From Escherichia coli (GTDB lineage: Bacteria; Pseudomonadota; Gammaproteobacteria; Enterobacterales; Enterobacteriaceae), in NCBI RefSeq assembly GCF_044324785.1, contig NZ_CP172127.1: 64,000 bases of DNA. One strand, given 5' to 3'. A program made the translations under genes and the position numbers. The notes beneath the pieces were generated by a model that did not search any database, was not told where the DNA came from, and saw only the letters and a list, made by a program, of their open reading frames with translations. Shown here one piece after another: positions 30,993 to 42,543 of this stretch (the first letter of the stretch is position 1; each line of letters begins with the position of its first letter).

Positions 30993-32240
30993 ATGACGGA
31001 ACAAGAAAAAACCTCCGCCGTGGTTGAAGAGACCAGGGAGGCCGTGGACACCACGTCACAACCTGTCGCAACAGAAAAAAAGAGTAAGAACAATACCGCA
31101 TTGATTCTCAGCGCGGTGGCTATCGCTATTGCTCTGGCGGCGGGCGTCGGTTTGTATGGCTGGGGTAAACAACAGGCCGTCAATCAGACTGCCACCAGCG
31201 ATGCCCTGGCTAATCAACTTACGGCACTGCAAAAAGCCCAGGAGAGCCAAAAAGCCGAGCTGGAAGGCATTATCAAGCAACAGGCTACGCAGCTTGAACA
31301 GGCGAATCGTCAGCAAGAAACGCTGGCAAAACAGTTGGATGAAGTCCAACAAAAGGTCGCCACCATTTCCGGCAGCGATGCTAAAACCTGGCTGCTGGCT
31401 CAGGCTGATTTCCTGGTGAAACTCGCCGGACGGAAGCTGTGGAGCGATCAGGACGTCACGACCGCTGCAGCGTTGCTGAAAAGTGCAGACGCCAGCCTGG
31501 CGGATATGAATGACCCGAGTCTGATTACCGTTCGTCGGGCAATTACCGATGATATTGCCAGCCTTTCTGCGGTATCGCAGGTGGATTATGACGGCATTAT
31601 CCTTAAGCTGAATCAGCTTTCAAATCAGGTAGATAACCTGCGTCTGGCTGATAATGACAGCGATGGTTCGCCGATGGATTCCGACGGTGAAGAGCTTTCC
31701 AGTTCCCTCAGCGAATGGCGTATCAATCTGCAAAAAAGCTGGCAGAACTTTATGGACAACTTCATTACGATTCGCCGTCGTGATGACACCGCCGTACCGC
31801 TGTTAGCGCCGAATCAGGATATCTATCTGCGCGAAAATATTCGCTCTCGCCTGCTGGTCGCTGCACAAGCTGTACCGCGTCATCAGGAAGAGACTTATCG
31901 CCAGGCGCTGGAGAATGTCTCCACCTGGGTACGTGCTTACTACGATACTGATGATGCCACCACCAAAGCGTTCCTCGACGAGGTGGACCAGTTAAGCCAG
32001 CAAAATATCTCGATGGATCTCCCGGAAACCCTGCAAAGCCAGGCGATGCTGGAAAAACTGATGCAGACTCGCGTGCGTAACCTGCTGGCACAACCGGCAG
32101 CGGGGACAACGGAAGCTAAACCTGCACCTGCACCTGCACCTGCACCTGCACCTGCACCTGCACCTGCACCTGCACCTGCACCTGCACCTGCACCTGCACC
32201 GCAAGCTGATACTCCGGCAGCCGCGCCGCAAGGAGAATAA
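30993..32240 (+). CDS. hemX: HemX (membrane-anchored coiled-coil protein with C-terminal Pro-Ala repeat)
   Basis: 415-aa [55 protein letters not shown]...; ends ...AK(PA)13[13 protein letters not shown]. Confidence 0.9.
   Translation: MTEQEKTSAVVEETREAVDTTSQPVATEKKSKNNTALILSAVAIAIALAAGVGLYGWGKQQAVNQTATSDALANQLTALQKAQESQKAELEGIIKQQATQLEQANRQQETLAKQLDEVQQKVATISGSDAKTWLLAQADFLVKLAGRKLWSDQDVTTAAALLKSADASLADMNDPSLITVRRAITDDIASLSAVSQVDYDGIILKLNQLSNQVDNLRLADNDSDGSPMDSDGEELSSSLSEWRINLQKSWQNFMDNFITIRRRDDTAVPLLAPNQDIYLRENIRSRLLVAAQAVPRHQEETYRQALENVSTWVRAYYDTDDATTKAFLDEVDQLSQQNISMDLPETLQSQAMLEKLMQTRVRNLLAQPAAGTTEAKPAPAPAPAPAPAPAPAPAPAPAPAPAPQADTPAAAPQGE
32121..32198 (+). repeat. Perfect hexanucleotide tandem repeat (CCTGCA)13 within hemX, encoding (Pro-Ala)13
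   Basis: Thirteen uninterrupted CCTGCA units counted directly from 32121 to 32198; in frame. Confidence 0.95.
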
Positions 32241-32242
32241 CC

Positions 32243-33439
32243 ATGCTAAAAGTGTTATTGCTCTTTGTTTTGCTGATTGCGGGGATAGTGGTTGGCCCGA
32301 TGATTGCCGGTCATCAGGGTTACGTGCTGATCCAGACCGACAACTACAATATTGAAACCAGCGTCACTGGCCTGGCGATTATTTTGATTCTGGCGATGGT
32401 AGTGCTGTTTGCCATTGAGTGGCTACTGCGGCGGATCTTCCGCACTGGCGCGCACACCCGTGGGTGGTTTGTCGGACGTAAGCGTCGCCGTGCCCGTAAG
32501 CAGACCGAACAGGCGCTGCTGAAACTGGCGGAAGGCGATTATCAGCAAGTTGAAAAGCTGATGGCGAAAAATGCCGATCACGCTGAACAACCGGTGGTGA
32601 ACTATCTACTGGCTGCCGAAGCCGCGCAACAACGTGGTGATGAAGCACGCGCCAACCAACATCTGGAACGCGCAGCGGAGCTGGCCGGCAACGACACAAT
32701 TCCGGTAGAAATCACCCGTGTACGTCTGCAACTGGCCCGTAATGAAAACCATGCAGCACGTCACGGCGTTGATAAGCTGCTGGAAGTTACGCCACGCCAT
32801 CCGGAAGTATTACGTCTGGCGGAACAGGCGTATATCCGCACAGGTGCATGGAGTTCGCTGCTGGATATCATCCCATCAATGGCGAAAGCCCACGTTGGCG
32901 ATGAAGAACATCGTGCAATGCTGGAACAACAGGCATGGATTGGCCTGATGGATCAGGCGCGCGCCGATGACGGTAGCGAAGGTTTGCGAAACTGGTGGAA
33001 AAACCAAAGCCGGAAAACGCGTCATCAGGTGGCGTTACAGGTGGCAATGGCGGAACATCTTATTGAATGTGACGATCATGATACTGCTCAGCAAATTATC
33101 ATCGACGGCCTGAAACGCCAGTATGATGATCGTCTGCTGCTGCCGATCCCGCGTCTGAAAACCAATAACCCGGAACAGCTTGAAAAAGTGCTGCGCCAGC
33201 AAATCAAAAACGTCGGCGATCGCCCGCTGTTGTGGAGCACACTGGGTCAGTCGCTGATGAAGCACGGAGAATGGCAGGAAGCATCGCTCGCCTTCCGCGC
33301 AGCGCTGAAACAACGTCCGGACGCCTACGATTACGCATGGCTTGCCGACGCGCTGGACAGACTGCACAAGCCGGAAGAAGCCGCAGCGATGCGTCGCGAT
33401 GGCTTGATGTTAACGTTGCAGAACAACCCGCCACAGTAG
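32243..33439 (+). CDS. hemY: HemY (TPR-containing inner membrane protein)
   Basis: 398-aa ORF MLKVLLLFVLLIAGIVVGPMIAGHQGYVLIQTDNYNIETSVTGLAIILIL... Confidence 0.9.
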   Translation: MLKVLLLFVLLIAGIVVGPMIAGHQGYVLIQTDNYNIETSVTGLAIILILAMVVLFAIEWLLRRIFRTGAHTRGWFVGRKRRRARKQTEQALLKLAEGDYQQVEKLMAKNADHAEQPVVNYLLAAEAAQQRGDEARANQHLERAAELAGNDTIPVEITRVRLQLARNENHAARHGVDKLLEVTPRHPEVLRLAEQAYIRTGAWSSLLDIIPSMAKAHVGDEEHRAMLEQQAWIGLMDQARADDGSEGLRNWWKNQSRKTRHQVALQVAMAEHLIECDDHDTAQQIIIDGLKRQYDDRLLLPIPRLKTNNPEQLEKVLRQQIKNVGDRPLLWSTLGQSLMKHGEWQEASLAFRAALKQRPDAYDYAWLADALDRLHKPEEAAAMRRDGLMLTLQNNPPQ

Positions 33440-33486
33440 TTCTTTCTCACCCGGAGGCAAGCACCTCCGGGACCTTTCTGATACAT

Positions 33487-33693
33487 AAAAAAACGCCTGC
33501 TCTTATTACGGAGCAGGCGTTAAAACAGGTCTGTATGACAACAAGTGGGTGCTTCACTCAACGTTGTGTCCATGGTGTCTGATGAGGCATAAGCGACATC
33601 TGTCAGTGGACGATAAGCACCGTAAACGGCTCTGCGTCATTCCGGAGTTTATGAGGCACTAAGGCGAACATAAGAGATGGAATGAGCATCTAC
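33487..33693 (-). ncRNA. glmZ: Small regulatory RNA GlmZ
   Basis: Minus-strand sequence GTAGATGCTCATTCCATCTCTTATGTTCGCCTTAGTGCCTCATAAACTCCGGAATGACG...AACGCCTGCTCCGTAATAAGAGCAGGCGTTTTTTT matches the GlmZ sequence as I recall it, including its terminator hairpin and U-tail; located in the hemY-aslA spacer. Confidence 0.9.
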
Positions 33694-34117
33694 TCGTTTA
33701 TTATGCCACAGAGAACCGGGAAATAACATCCCTTAACACTTGTTATGAGATAATTCTGTAATCCTCTTTGCTTCCTGAGTAATAACTTCCTGAGTGAATA
33801 TTTCTCCTGCGCACGATTCTACACATATATATAATGAATAATAAAAGTCATTCAATTAATAACATATATATTAATTGCCGTTAAAACTAAAAACAGCATC
33901 AATAATCAACGCGATATAACATCACCGCCTTACATATCACCTGCGCCAGAGGTAGGATTGAAAACGCTCTCCTGATTTTCCAATTCATTTTCTGGATAAA
34001 TAAATAATTTATTTTTATCACTATTATTTATGCAATCATCCTGTCAGGGAGAGGGATCTCAATTATCAATGCTTAATTACGTCAACATTTTGACGACATG
34101 AAACCGGAGCATTTTGC

Positions 34118-35773
34118 ATGGAATTTTCGTTTTCACCCAAACTTCTTGTTGTGGCTGTCGCCGCCGCTCTTCCACTCATGGCCAACGCAGCAGATACCCC
34201 GTCAACCGCCACCGCACGCAAAGGCTTTGCCGGATACGATCACCCAAACCAGTATCTGGTTAAACCGGCGACCACTATTGCCGACAACATGATGCCGGTG
34301 ATGCAGCATCCTGCACAAGACAAAGAAACCCAGCAGAAGCTGGCAGAACTTGAGAAAAAAACCGGTAAGAAACCGAACGTGGTTGTTTTCTTGCTGGATG
34401 ATGTGGGCTGGATGGATGTTGGCTTTAACGGCGGCGGCGTGGCGGTGGGTAACCCTACACCAGATATCGACGCCGTTGCCAGCCAGGGGCTGATTTTAAC
34501 TTCGGCGTATTCTCAACCGAGTTCTTCCCCAACCCGCGCCACGATTCTTACCGGACAATACTCCATCCACCACGGCATTCTGATGCCGCCAATGTACGGG
34601 CAACCGGGCGGTCTGCAAGGGTTAACCACTCTGCCGCAGTTGCTGCACGATCAGGGCTACGTCACTCAGGCCATCGGGAAATGGCATATGGGGGAAAACA
34701 AAGAGTCGCAGCCGCAGAACGTTGGCTTTGATGATTTCCGCGGCTTTAACTCGGTATCCGATATGTATACCGAATGGCGTGATGTTCACGTCAACCCGGA
34801 AGTCGCCCTGAGCCCGGATCGTTCTGAATACATCCAAAAACTGCCGTTCAGCAAAGATGACGTTCATGCCGTGCGCGGCGGTGAACAGGAAGCCATTGCC
34901 GACATTACGCCGAAATATATGGAAGACCTGGATCAACGCTGGATGGAATATGGCGTTAAGTTCCTCGACAAGATGGCGAAGAGCGATAAGCCTTTCTTCC
35001 TCTACTACGGCACTCGCGGCTGTCACTTCGATAACTACCCAAATGCGAAATATGCGGGTAGCTCTCCGGCGCGCACCTCTTACGGCGACTGCATGGTGGA
35101 GATGAACGATATCTTCGCCAATCTGTATAAAGCACTGGAGAAAAACTGTCAGCTTGATAACACGCTGATTGTGTTCACCTCTGATAACGGTCCGGAAGCC
35201 GAAGTTCCGCCGCACGGTCGCACACCGTTCCGCGGTGCGAAAGGTTCTACATGGGAAGGCGGCGTTCGTGTGCCAACCTTCGTTTACTGGAAAGGCATGA
35301 TCCAACCGCGTAAATCTGACGGCATTGTCGATCTGGCGGATCTCTTCCCTACGGCGCTGGATCTGGCGGGGCATCCTGGGGCGAAAGTAGCGAATTTAGT
35401 ACCGAAAACCACCTTTATCGATGGTGTGGACCAGACATCTTTCTTCCTGGGAACAAATGGTCAGTCTAACCGTAAGGCCGAGCACTACTTCCTCAACGGT
35501 AAACTTTCTGCTGTGCGTATGGATGAGTTCAAGTATCACGTCCTGATCCAGCAACCGTACGCGTATACCCAGAGCGGGTATCAGGGTGGATTCACCGGCA
35601 CAGTAATGCAAACGGCGGGATCGTCGGTGTTTAACCTGTACACCGATCCGCAGGAAAGCGACTCCATCGGCGTGCGCCATATCCCAATGGGTGTACCGCT
35701 ACAGACCGAAATGCACGCGTATATGGAGATCCTGAAAAAATATCCACCACGCGCGCAGATTAAATCTGATTAA
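34118..35773 (+). CDS. aslA: Arylsulfatase (sulfatase family, periplasmic)
   Basis: 551-aa ORF with signal peptide and sulfatase active-site region (…[17 protein letters not shown]…). Confidence 0.9.
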   Translation: MEFSFSPKLLVVAVAAALPLMANAADTPSTATARKGFAGYDHPNQYLVKPATTIADNMMPVMQHPAQDKETQQKLAELEKKTGKKPNVVVFLLDDVGWMDVGFNGGGVAVGNPTPDIDAVASQGLILTSAYSQPSSSPTRATILTGQYSIHHGILMPPMYGQPGGLQGLTTLPQLLHDQGYVTQAIGKWHMGENKESQPQNVGFDDFRGFNSVSDMYTEWRDVHVNPEVALSPDRSEYIQKLPFSKDDVHAVRGGEQEAIADITPKYMEDLDQRWMEYGVKFLDKMAKSDKPFFLYYGTRGCHFDNYPNAKYAGSSPARTSYGDCMVEMNDIFANLYKALEKNCQLDNTLIVFTSDNGPEAEVPPHGRTPFRGAKGSTWEGGVRVPTFVYWKGMIQPRKSDGIVDLADLFPTALDLAGHPGAKVANLVPKTTFIDGVDQTSFFLGTNGQSNRKAEHYFLNGKLSAVRMDEFKYHVLIQQPYAYTQSGYQGGFTGTVMQTAGSSVFNLYTDPQESDSIGVRHIPMGVPLQTEMHAYMEILKKYPPRAQIKSD

Positions 35774-35809
35774 GCCGGCGCTATCGCTACATCGGGCCAC
35801 ACTGACCTT

Positions 35810-35839
35810 GCCGGATGCGGCGTGAACGCCTTATCCGGC
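35810..35839. repeat. REP element
   Basis: 'gccggatgcggcgtgaacgccttatccggc' is the canonical REP palindrome, between convergent aslA and aslB. Confidence 0.85.
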
Positions 35840-35851
35840 AATCAACCGCAG

Positions 35852-35876
35852 GCGGCCACAAAATGGCCGCTTTTTT
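35852..35876 (+). terminator. Intrinsic terminator downstream of aslA
   Basis: Stem 'gcggcca caaaa tggccgc' followed by 'tttttt'; overlaps the aslB stop codon. Confidence 0.6.
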
Positions 35877-37110
35877 ACTTATTCACCACCATCAAATGCG
35901 CCTGCATAATGTCGCTGGCCGGACGACCGTGCGCCAGCAAATCAGCCATTGCTTTAAGATATGGCGGTAGATGGCGGAAATAACGCTGATACCCGGCACA
36001 CAAATAATTCAGCCCGGGTTTGCCGCTGGCATCGAGCATAAAGCGGTGTTTCGGACAGCCTCCCCAGCACGCTTTTAACACGTTGCAACTGCGACACTGC
36101 GCCGGTAACTGCTTAAATTTATCTTCACCAAACACCTGCTGTTGCGGGGAATCGATCATTTCTGCAATTGTTTGCTGGTGCATATTCCCCAGCCGATATT
36201 GCGGATAAACATAGTGATCGCAGGCGTAAACGTCGCCGTTGTGCTCAACAATCACCGAGCGCCCACAGGTTGGCTGATGATGGCAAACCGCACCTGGCGC
36301 ACCGACAAAATTGGCAAACGTCCATTCGATATTCATCACGAAAATCTTGCCGACGTCGCGTTTAATCCAGTGGTCGAATATCGCCACCAGAAATTCACCA
36401 AATTCATCGGGGCGCACCGACCATTCCGTCAGTTCGCCCTGAATATCGCCAGGCGCATGCAATTTCAGTCCATCGCGGGCAGCTGTTTCATCAGCCAGAC
36501 GCTCGACCACCGGAATAAACTGGATGAATTCCACTCCCGCATCGCACAAAAAATCATAAACCTGCAACGGTTGCTGCGCGCTGGTGCGGTTGACGCAGAC
36601 CAGCACGTTATAGTCGACATGATGTTTTTGCAGGAGCGTCAGGGCACGCATCACCAGCTTATGCGTTGGTCTGCCGCCTTTGGTCACGCGATATTGATTG
36701 TGGATCTCAGCCGGACCATCCAGCGATAACCCAACAAGAAAATGATTTTCTGCCAGAAATGCACACCATTCGTCATCAAGCAGAACGCCGTTAGTCTGGA
36801 AGCTGTTACTTATCTTCCTGCCAGCACCATATTTCGCCTGTAGCACCACGGCACGGCGGTAAAAATCCAGCCCGAGTAACGTTGGTTCGCCACCCTGCCA
36901 GGTAAAAGCCACTTCGTTTTGGGTTTCGCTGGCAGCGATATAGTGACGGACATACGCTTCCAGCGTGTCATCGTCCATATGAGTGACTGGCTTTTCGCGG
37001 TAAAGGGATTGTTTTTCGAGATAAAAACAGTAGTCACAGTTCAGATTACAATCGGAACCGCTCGGTTTCGCCATCACATGAAAAGCACGCGTTGGAACCT
37101 GTTGCAGCAT
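35875..37110 (-). CDS. aslB: Anaerobic sulfatase-maturating enzyme homologue (radical SAM)
   Basis: Start placed at MLQQVPTRAFHVMAKPSGSDCNLNCDYCFYLEKQ... (411 aa); CxxxCxxC radical-SAM motif; 'cat' at 37108..37110. Confidence 0.88.
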   Translation of the reverse strand: MLQQVPTRAFHVMAKPSGSDCNLNCDYCFYLEKQSLYREKPVTHMDDDTLEAYVRHYIAASETQNEVAFTWQGGEPTLLGLDFYRRAVVLQAKYGAGRKISNSFQTNGVLLDDEWCAFLAENHFLVGLSLDGPAEIHNQYRVTKGGRPTHKLVMRALTLLQKHHVDYNVLVCVNRTSAQQPLQVYDFLCDAGVEFIQFIPVVERLADETAARDGLKLHAPGDIQGELTEWSVRPDEFGEFLVAIFDHWIKRDVGKIFVMNIEWTFANFVGAPGAVCHHQPTCGRSVIVEHNGDVYACDHYVYPQYRLGNMHQQTIAEMIDSPQQQVFGEDKFKQLPAQCRSCNVLKACWGGCPKHRFMLDASGKPGLNYLCAGYQRYFRHLPPYLKAMADLLAHGRPASDIMQAHLMVVNK

Positions 37111-37223
37111 GGTCGCTCCTTGCCTGAAGTCATCCTTCAATAAGTTAAGGGCGAAATCATACCGTGGCGCAATGAGTTATTACGGGCGTTTATTGCGAAG
37201 GGAAAGTGACGAAATGCACAGAA

Positions 37224-37250
37224 AACAAAAAACCCCGCCGAAGCGGGGTT
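37224..37250 (-). terminator. Intrinsic terminator of the argX-hisR-leuT-proM tRNA operon
   Basis: Minus-strand 'ccccgcttcggcgggg' stem followed by 'ttttttgtttt' immediately 3' of proM. Confidence 0.8.
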
Positions 37251-37256
37251 CAAAAT

Positions 37257-37333
37257 TGGTCGGCGAGAGAGGATTCGAACCTCCGACCCACTGGTCCCAA
37301 ACCAGTTGCGCTACCAAGCTGCGCTACTCGCCG
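37257..37333 (-). tRNA. proM: tRNA-Pro
   Basis: Minus strand reads CGGCGAGTAGCGCAGCTTGGTAGCGCAACTGGTTTGGGACCAGTGGGTCGGAGGTTCGAATCCTCTCTCGCCGACCA, with encoded CCA. Confidence 0.95.
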
Positions 37334-37375
37334 AAATACTGCTTTTTGAATTTTTAGTTCAATTCTTTAAAGTCG

Positions 37376-37462
37376 TGGTGCGAGGGGGGGGACTTGAACC
37401 CCCACGTCCGTAAGGACACTAACACCTGAAGCTAGCGCGTCTACCAATTCCGCCACCTTCGC
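37376..37462 (-). tRNA. leuT: tRNA-Leu (anticodon CAG)
   Basis: Minus strand reads GCGAAGGTGGCGGAATTGGTAGACGCGCTAGCTTCAGGTGTTAGTGTCCTTACGGACGTGGGGGTTCAAGTCCCCCCCCTCGCACCA (long variable arm). Confidence 0.95.
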
Positions 37463-37482
37463 ATTGTCACAACTTCTAATAA

Positions 37483-37559
37483 TGGGGTGGCTAATGGGAT
37501 TCGAACCCACGACAACTGGAATCACAATCCAGGGCTCTACCAACTGAGCTATAGCCACC
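37483..37559 (-). tRNA. hisR: tRNA-His
   Basis: Minus strand reads GGTGGCTATAGCTCAGTTGGTAGAGCCCTGGATTGTGATTCCAGTTGTCGTGGGTTCGAATCCCATTAGCCACCCCA (with extra 5' G). Confidence 0.95.
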
Positions 37560-37616
37560 ACTACAAATCTTGTTACGCGGTATTACTACCACCGCAGCTC
37601 AAGCGCCGGGACTAAA

Positions 37617-37693
<77 letters not shown>

Positions 37694-37795
37694 TTAGCGC
37701 CGTTGCGGGGGTGGATAATACGGACTTCCCACCCCTCTGTCTAGTCCCTTTTTAAATAAATTGCGCGTTTGGTTACGGTTTGTGCGTTTTGCTGC

Positions 37796-39181
37796 TTATT
37801 CCTCCAGTTTATGCGCTTTACCGTGGCGATTAAGCCCAAAAACTTTATAAATCGCCGTCACCGCCAGCATAAAGATGATGCCGACAAACAGCGACATACG
37901 CGTATCTTCATTAAAGTACATGCCGATCAAAACGCAAATCAGGAATGCCATTGTTACGTAGTTGGCCCACGGGAACAGGATTGAGCGGAACGGATGGCTG
38001 GCAATCGCCGCTTTATGCGCACGACGAAAACGCAGCTGGCTTATCAATATCACAAACCATGGCACCATCCCCGGAAGCACGCTGGCACTGTAGACGTAGA
38101 CAAACACACGCTGCGGATTGGGAATGACGTAGTTCAGGCATGAGCCAATTAACAGGATAGCAATAGATACTGCCACACCCGCAACCGGTACGCCGTGACG
38201 GGAAACTTTCGCCATCGCCGCCGGTAACTGACGGTTTTTCGCCAGTGCGTAGAGCATACGTCCGCAACTGTACATGCCGCTGTTACAGCCAGAGAGCGCA
38301 GCCGTCAGCACCACAAAGTTGATAATGCCCGCCGCTGCGGTAATACCGATTTTGGCGAAAGTCAGTACGAACGGGCTGCCGTTACTGCCTATTTCATTCC
38401 ACGGGAAGATGGTGACGATAACGAAAATCGCGCCTACGTAGAAAATCAGGATACGCCACAACACTTTGCCTACGGCACTGCGCAGCGTCACCTGCGGATT
38501 CTTCGCTTCACCGGCAGTAATGCCAATCAGCTCCACGCCCTGGTAGGACGCCACCACAATACACAATGCGGTCAGGAACCCTTTCCAGCCACCCGCAAAG
38601 AAACCGCCATGCTCTGTGAGATTGCTAAAACCAATCGACTGCCCGCCATTGCCAAAACCAAAGAAAATCACGCCCAGGCCAATGACAATCATCACGATAA
38701 TCGTGGTGACTTTGATCATCGCGAACCAGAACTCGATTTCGCCGTACAACCGCACCGCCGCCAGATTCGCCAGCGCCACCAGCGCCACCGCGATCAATGC
38801 GGGTATCCACTGCGCCATCTCCGGGAACCAGAACTGGACATAAACGCCAATGGCGGTGATTTCTGAGATCCCCACCGCCATCCACATAAACCAGTAAGAC
38901 CAGGCGGTGAGATAACCAAAGAACGGGCTCATATAACGATGCGCGTAAACGGCGAACGAACCGGTAACCGGTTCGAGGAACAACATTTCGCCCATTGAAC
39001 GCATGATGAAAAAGACGAACAGCCCGGCGATGATATAGGCCAACAATACGGATGGCCCGGCCCATTTCAGGGTACTGGCGGCCCCCATAAACAGGCCGAC
39101 GCCAATGGTGCCCCCCAGGGCGATGAGTTCGATATGTCGAGCTTCCAGCCCACGCTGTAGCTCTGGTTTGTTATCTGCCAT
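37796..39181 (-). CDS. yifK: APC-family amino acid permease
   Basis: 461-aa 12-TM-like [40 protein letters not shown]... Confidence 0.9.
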   Translation of the reverse strand: MADNKPELQRGLEARHIELIALGGTIGVGLFMGAASTLKWAGPSVLLAYIIAGLFVFFIMRSMGEMLFLEPVTGSFAVYAHRYMSPFFGYLTAWSYWFMWMAVGISEITAIGVYVQFWFPEMAQWIPALIAVALVALANLAAVRLYGEIEFWFAMIKVTTIIVMIVIGLGVIFFGFGNGGQSIGFSNLTEHGGFFAGGWKGFLTALCIVVASYQGVELIGITAGEAKNPQVTLRSAVGKVLWRILIFYVGAIFVIVTIFPWNEIGSNGSPFVLTFAKIGITAAAGIINFVVLTAALSGCNSGMYSCGRMLYALAKNRQLPAAMAKVSRHGVPVAGVAVSIAILLIGSCLNYVIPNPQRVFVYVYSASVLPGMVPWFVILISQLRFRRAHKAAIASHPFRSILFPWANYVTMAFLICVLIGMYFNEDTRMSLFVGIIFMLAVTAIYKVFGLNRHGKAHKLEE

Positions 39182-39371
39182 AAATCCTCGTGTTGTGTTT
39201 GCATGCTTTCCGGTGTTACCGGTTATCGTTATGGGTACATCGAGTGTTGCGAATGTTTTCGTAATTCAGGAGAAATGGCAAATAAAGCATTAAAAATTTG
39301 AATGCTTTGTGTAATAAAAAAGCAGACAGGCGACGAAGTGACCACTCCGTCGCTTTACAAAGAGAGGAAAA

Positions 39372-40112
39372 TCAGAGGTTGCCGGTGTAATGCCAGCGTA
39401 AATAACGCAGCAAACGAAGCTGACGCTTAATGCGGCTCGGCTGCGAAAGTAGGCGGTAGAGCCACTCCAGCCCCAGCGTTTGCCAGATTTTCGGTGCGCG
39501 TTTCACGTGACCGGTGAAAACATCGTAAGTCCCGCCAACGCCCATATACAGCGCATCCGGATGCACCAGACGGCAGTCGCGCATGAAGATCTCCTGCTTT
39601 GGCGATCCCATCGCAACGGTGACGATTTGCGCTCCACTGGCATGAATGCGTTCAAACAGCGCCTGACGCTGCTCGGGTTTAAAATAACCATCCTGACTGC
39701 CAACGATATTCACATTCCACTGATTGCGCAGTTTAGCTTCAGTTTGCGCCAGCACTTCATGTTTACCGCCTACAAGAAATACCGGCGTCCCTTCTTTGCC
39801 TGCGCGCGCCATCAGCTCTTCCCAGAGATCGGCCCCGGCAACGCGGGAAACCTGCGCCTGCGGGTACTTTTTACGTACTGAACGTACAACGCTGATGCCA
39901 TCCGCATATTTAAATTCGGCAGCGTTAATTAACTCCCGGACCTCGGCGTTATCTTCAATGGTCAGCATTTTTTCGGCATTAATGGCAACCAGCGTTCCCT
40001 GCTTAAGCTGCCCGTCAGCGAACAGATAATCGAGGGCGTGCTGCATATCACGCCAACCAATCAACTGTAAGCCACGCAGCGTATAGGTCGGTGCCGTGGT
40101 ATTGTTATTCAT
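39372..40112 (-). CDS. wecG: UDP-N-acetyl-D-mannosaminuronic acid transferase (ECA biosynthesis)
   Basis: 246-aa ORF, last gene of the wec/rff cluster by position. Confidence 0.88.
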   Translation of the reverse strand: MNNNTTAPTYTLRGLQLIGWRDMQHALDYLFADGQLKQGTLVAINAEKMLTIEDNAEVRELINAAEFKYADGISVVRSVRKKYPQAQVSRVAGADLWEELMARAGKEGTPVFLVGGKHEVLAQTEAKLRNQWNVNIVGSQDGYFKPEQRQALFERIHASGAQIVTVAMGSPKQEIFMRDCRLVHPDALYMGVGGTYDVFTGHVKRAPKIWQTLGLEWLYRLLSQPSRIKRQLRLLRYLRWHYTGNL

Positions 40113-40114
40113 TG

Positions 40115-41467
40115 TTATCCTTCAACCTGCGTCCGGAGCGATGATTTTGTTCGTTTATGAATGAGTCCGGCGCTTTCAAAAAGCCAGTACAACAGTTTTG
40201 CGATCATCAGACATGCGCCGAAGACCACGATAAAAAAGACCACGCGTGAGACAAACGAATCCAGCCCTTCACGCGCCAGCACGATCATATTGAAGATCGC
40301 CCCAAAGCAGAAACTGTGCAATATCGCAGCCTTATAGCGATTAGTCTCTCGGTTGCCCAGCTCATACAGCCAGTCGAACCATTTGATGATCAGTCCAACC
40401 ACGATCGCCCCGAGCGGGATGAACAACGCGCCGCCCATAACAACCAGTGAGCCTATAAGCGTAGGCGAGATCGCCAGCCCGGAGTGGTTATTCAGCACTT
40501 CCCAGGTAAAGTAGTTGGCGGAGTTCAGTACCATACTCGGGCGACCCGGCCACAGCCAGGAAGGGATAAAGACATAGAAATCGCGGACAATGGGAGCCAG
40601 ACCCTGGAAGTCGATGTTGTCGTAGTTCTGCAACAGCAATGCCAGATTCTCCCACGGCGAAAAGGTATCGCGGGTGAGATAGAGAAACGTATAGAACGCT
40701 TCATCACCGCTCACATTCATTCCATAGCGTTTTAGCGCCAGCCAGAACATGCCAACAATCCCCAGCACGCCCGCTGCCGCCAGCATCCACAACGAAATCC
40801 AGCCGCGAATAATGCCAATAAACAGGAAGATAGCGAATGCGATGATGATATTGGCGCGAGTGCCGCCGACAATCATATAAGTCAGCAAGCCAAAAGCGAC
40901 CGTGCTGACGAGGAAAAACAGCCACGCTTTGCTGTCCTGGCGCAGAAAGTAGACCACCAGCATCGCCGGGATGAAAAAGTAAAAGAAGCGTTTTAACGCC
41001 ACGCCGGAGACTTCACTGGAGAAGATCTGACTGTAGGAGTTAAGCCGGAACAGCAAAAAGCCGTTGTGCATGAAGAAGATGCCGACGCTTACCAGCGCGA
41101 TGCCCATCAGGATCACCCACGTAAGATTGGTCTCCACGCGGTTCATGGTAAACAGCGGACGGCGCGGTACATCAGCAACGCGTTTGCGTAGGCGGGTTTT
41201 GTAGGTGACGTAGTAAACCGCGTAGAAGCAGCCCGCAGAAAGCAACGCCTGCAACAAGATTTCTGGCGGCGCGACACCAACATCAAAGCGAAATACCAGC
41301 ACGCTGGTCAGCGGGAAGCCGAAGAAAAAGGTGAGCAAAAACAGCAATGAAAAGAAGACATTGAAGTTAAAGCGCACACGGCGAAACTCAAACCAGGTCA
41401 GCGTGGCAATAAACAACGTACAGAGCAGCCAGACAACAAACAGGCCACTGAATTGCAGCAGACTCAT
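40115..41467 (-). CDS. wzyE: ECA polymerase
   Basis: 450-aa polytopic membrane ORF; start overlaps the wecF stop. Confidence 0.88.
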
Positions 41468-42543
41468 GCGACCTCCCCGGCGGCAATAGCCAACGCCCGC
41501 TGCCAGCCTTGCAGATAGTTCGGGCTAAAGAAGGCAATGGTGTTTTTATCCACCGACGCCAACTGGCGCTGCGCTTCACGCACAATATCCTCGTTGAGAT
41601 CATCGGTAGTAAACAGTACTGGCAAATGCTGTTCCGTCATATCCTGCCAGAACGGATTTTCCCGGTTAAGCACACAAGGAATGCCCGCCTGAATCAGTAA
41701 GCAAAGCGTACCAATGCCCTGCTGGCGGGCAAAAATAAAGTAACCGAGATCGCACTGGCGAAGTAGCGTCAGATAGGCGTCAAATTCCAGTTTTTCGCTC
41801 AGAACTTGTAGATTTTCTTCGCTGAATAACTCCAGTCCCGCCTGACGAACTTCCTCGATGTACGCTTCGTTATTAGGCGGATATCCCATCGGCACCACCA
41901 CTTTTACCGTATCGCCAAATTGCTGATGAACGGCGCGCAAGGCAGCAATATGCTCATTGCTGCGGTCACCGGAGTTCCCCACCAGAATGGTCATTTTTCC
42001 TTCACGTTGCCGATCGTTCGCCATCGTATTAAGAGAAGGGTCCATCCGCGTCGGGAAGTACAGCAGTTCTCCCCGCACCTTTGGATGCGTTTTGGCAAAA
42101 AAGCTCAAATCACCGCGGGTGGCAAATACACAGCCGACTCTCTTTTGCGCCAAGCGACGTAGCGGGTAAAAAAGCTTATATCTCAAGCCACTGGAAAGCT
42201 CGTACAGGTCTGCCCCCCAGATATGCCAGTAAAACTGGCTGGGCTTAATGCCACCACTCAGCAGAGCCAGCCACAGTGTGGGATTGAACTGACCGTGGAA
42301 GAAAAAACGCTGCTGACGGTTAGCTTTTGCTTTCGCGATGACCGCTTCCGCCAGCGATTTTTTCCCAGGGAAAAATTGCACAGAAAGCGTCGGACAGCTA
42401 TCACTTAAGCCGTCGTCCTTGCCAACAACCATAAACTCGCGCGCGTGCTCGCTCGTCGCGGCCAGCGCGTCATTGAAAAACCGCAAAACGGTTCGGTTAT
42501 GGTGAGGGATATCCGATCCCAGTACGTGAATCAGTACAGTCAT
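41464..42543 (-). CDS. wecF: TDP-Fuc4NAc:lipid II Fuc4NAc transferase
   Basis: 359-aa [28 protein letters not shown]... Confidence 0.88.

Noticed and set aside
32121-32198. Possible CRISPR-like repeat array
   Set aside because: The unit is only 6 bp with no spacers; it is an in-frame coding microsatellite, not a CRISPR array. No CRISPR array was seen anywhere in the window.
31992-32231. 79-aa minus-strand ORF encoding (Arg-Cys)n
   Set aside because: Artefact of the (CCTGCA)13 repeat read on the opposite strand inside hemX.
34622-35374. 250-aa minus-strand ORF
   Set aside because: Antisense to aslA; no independent support.
36142-36729. 195-aa + strand ORF
   Set aside because: Antisense to aslB.
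37109-37357. 82-aa + strand ORF
   Set aside because: Overlaps the aslB start and the tRNA-Pro gene plus its terminator; its translation is simply the tRNA read as protein.
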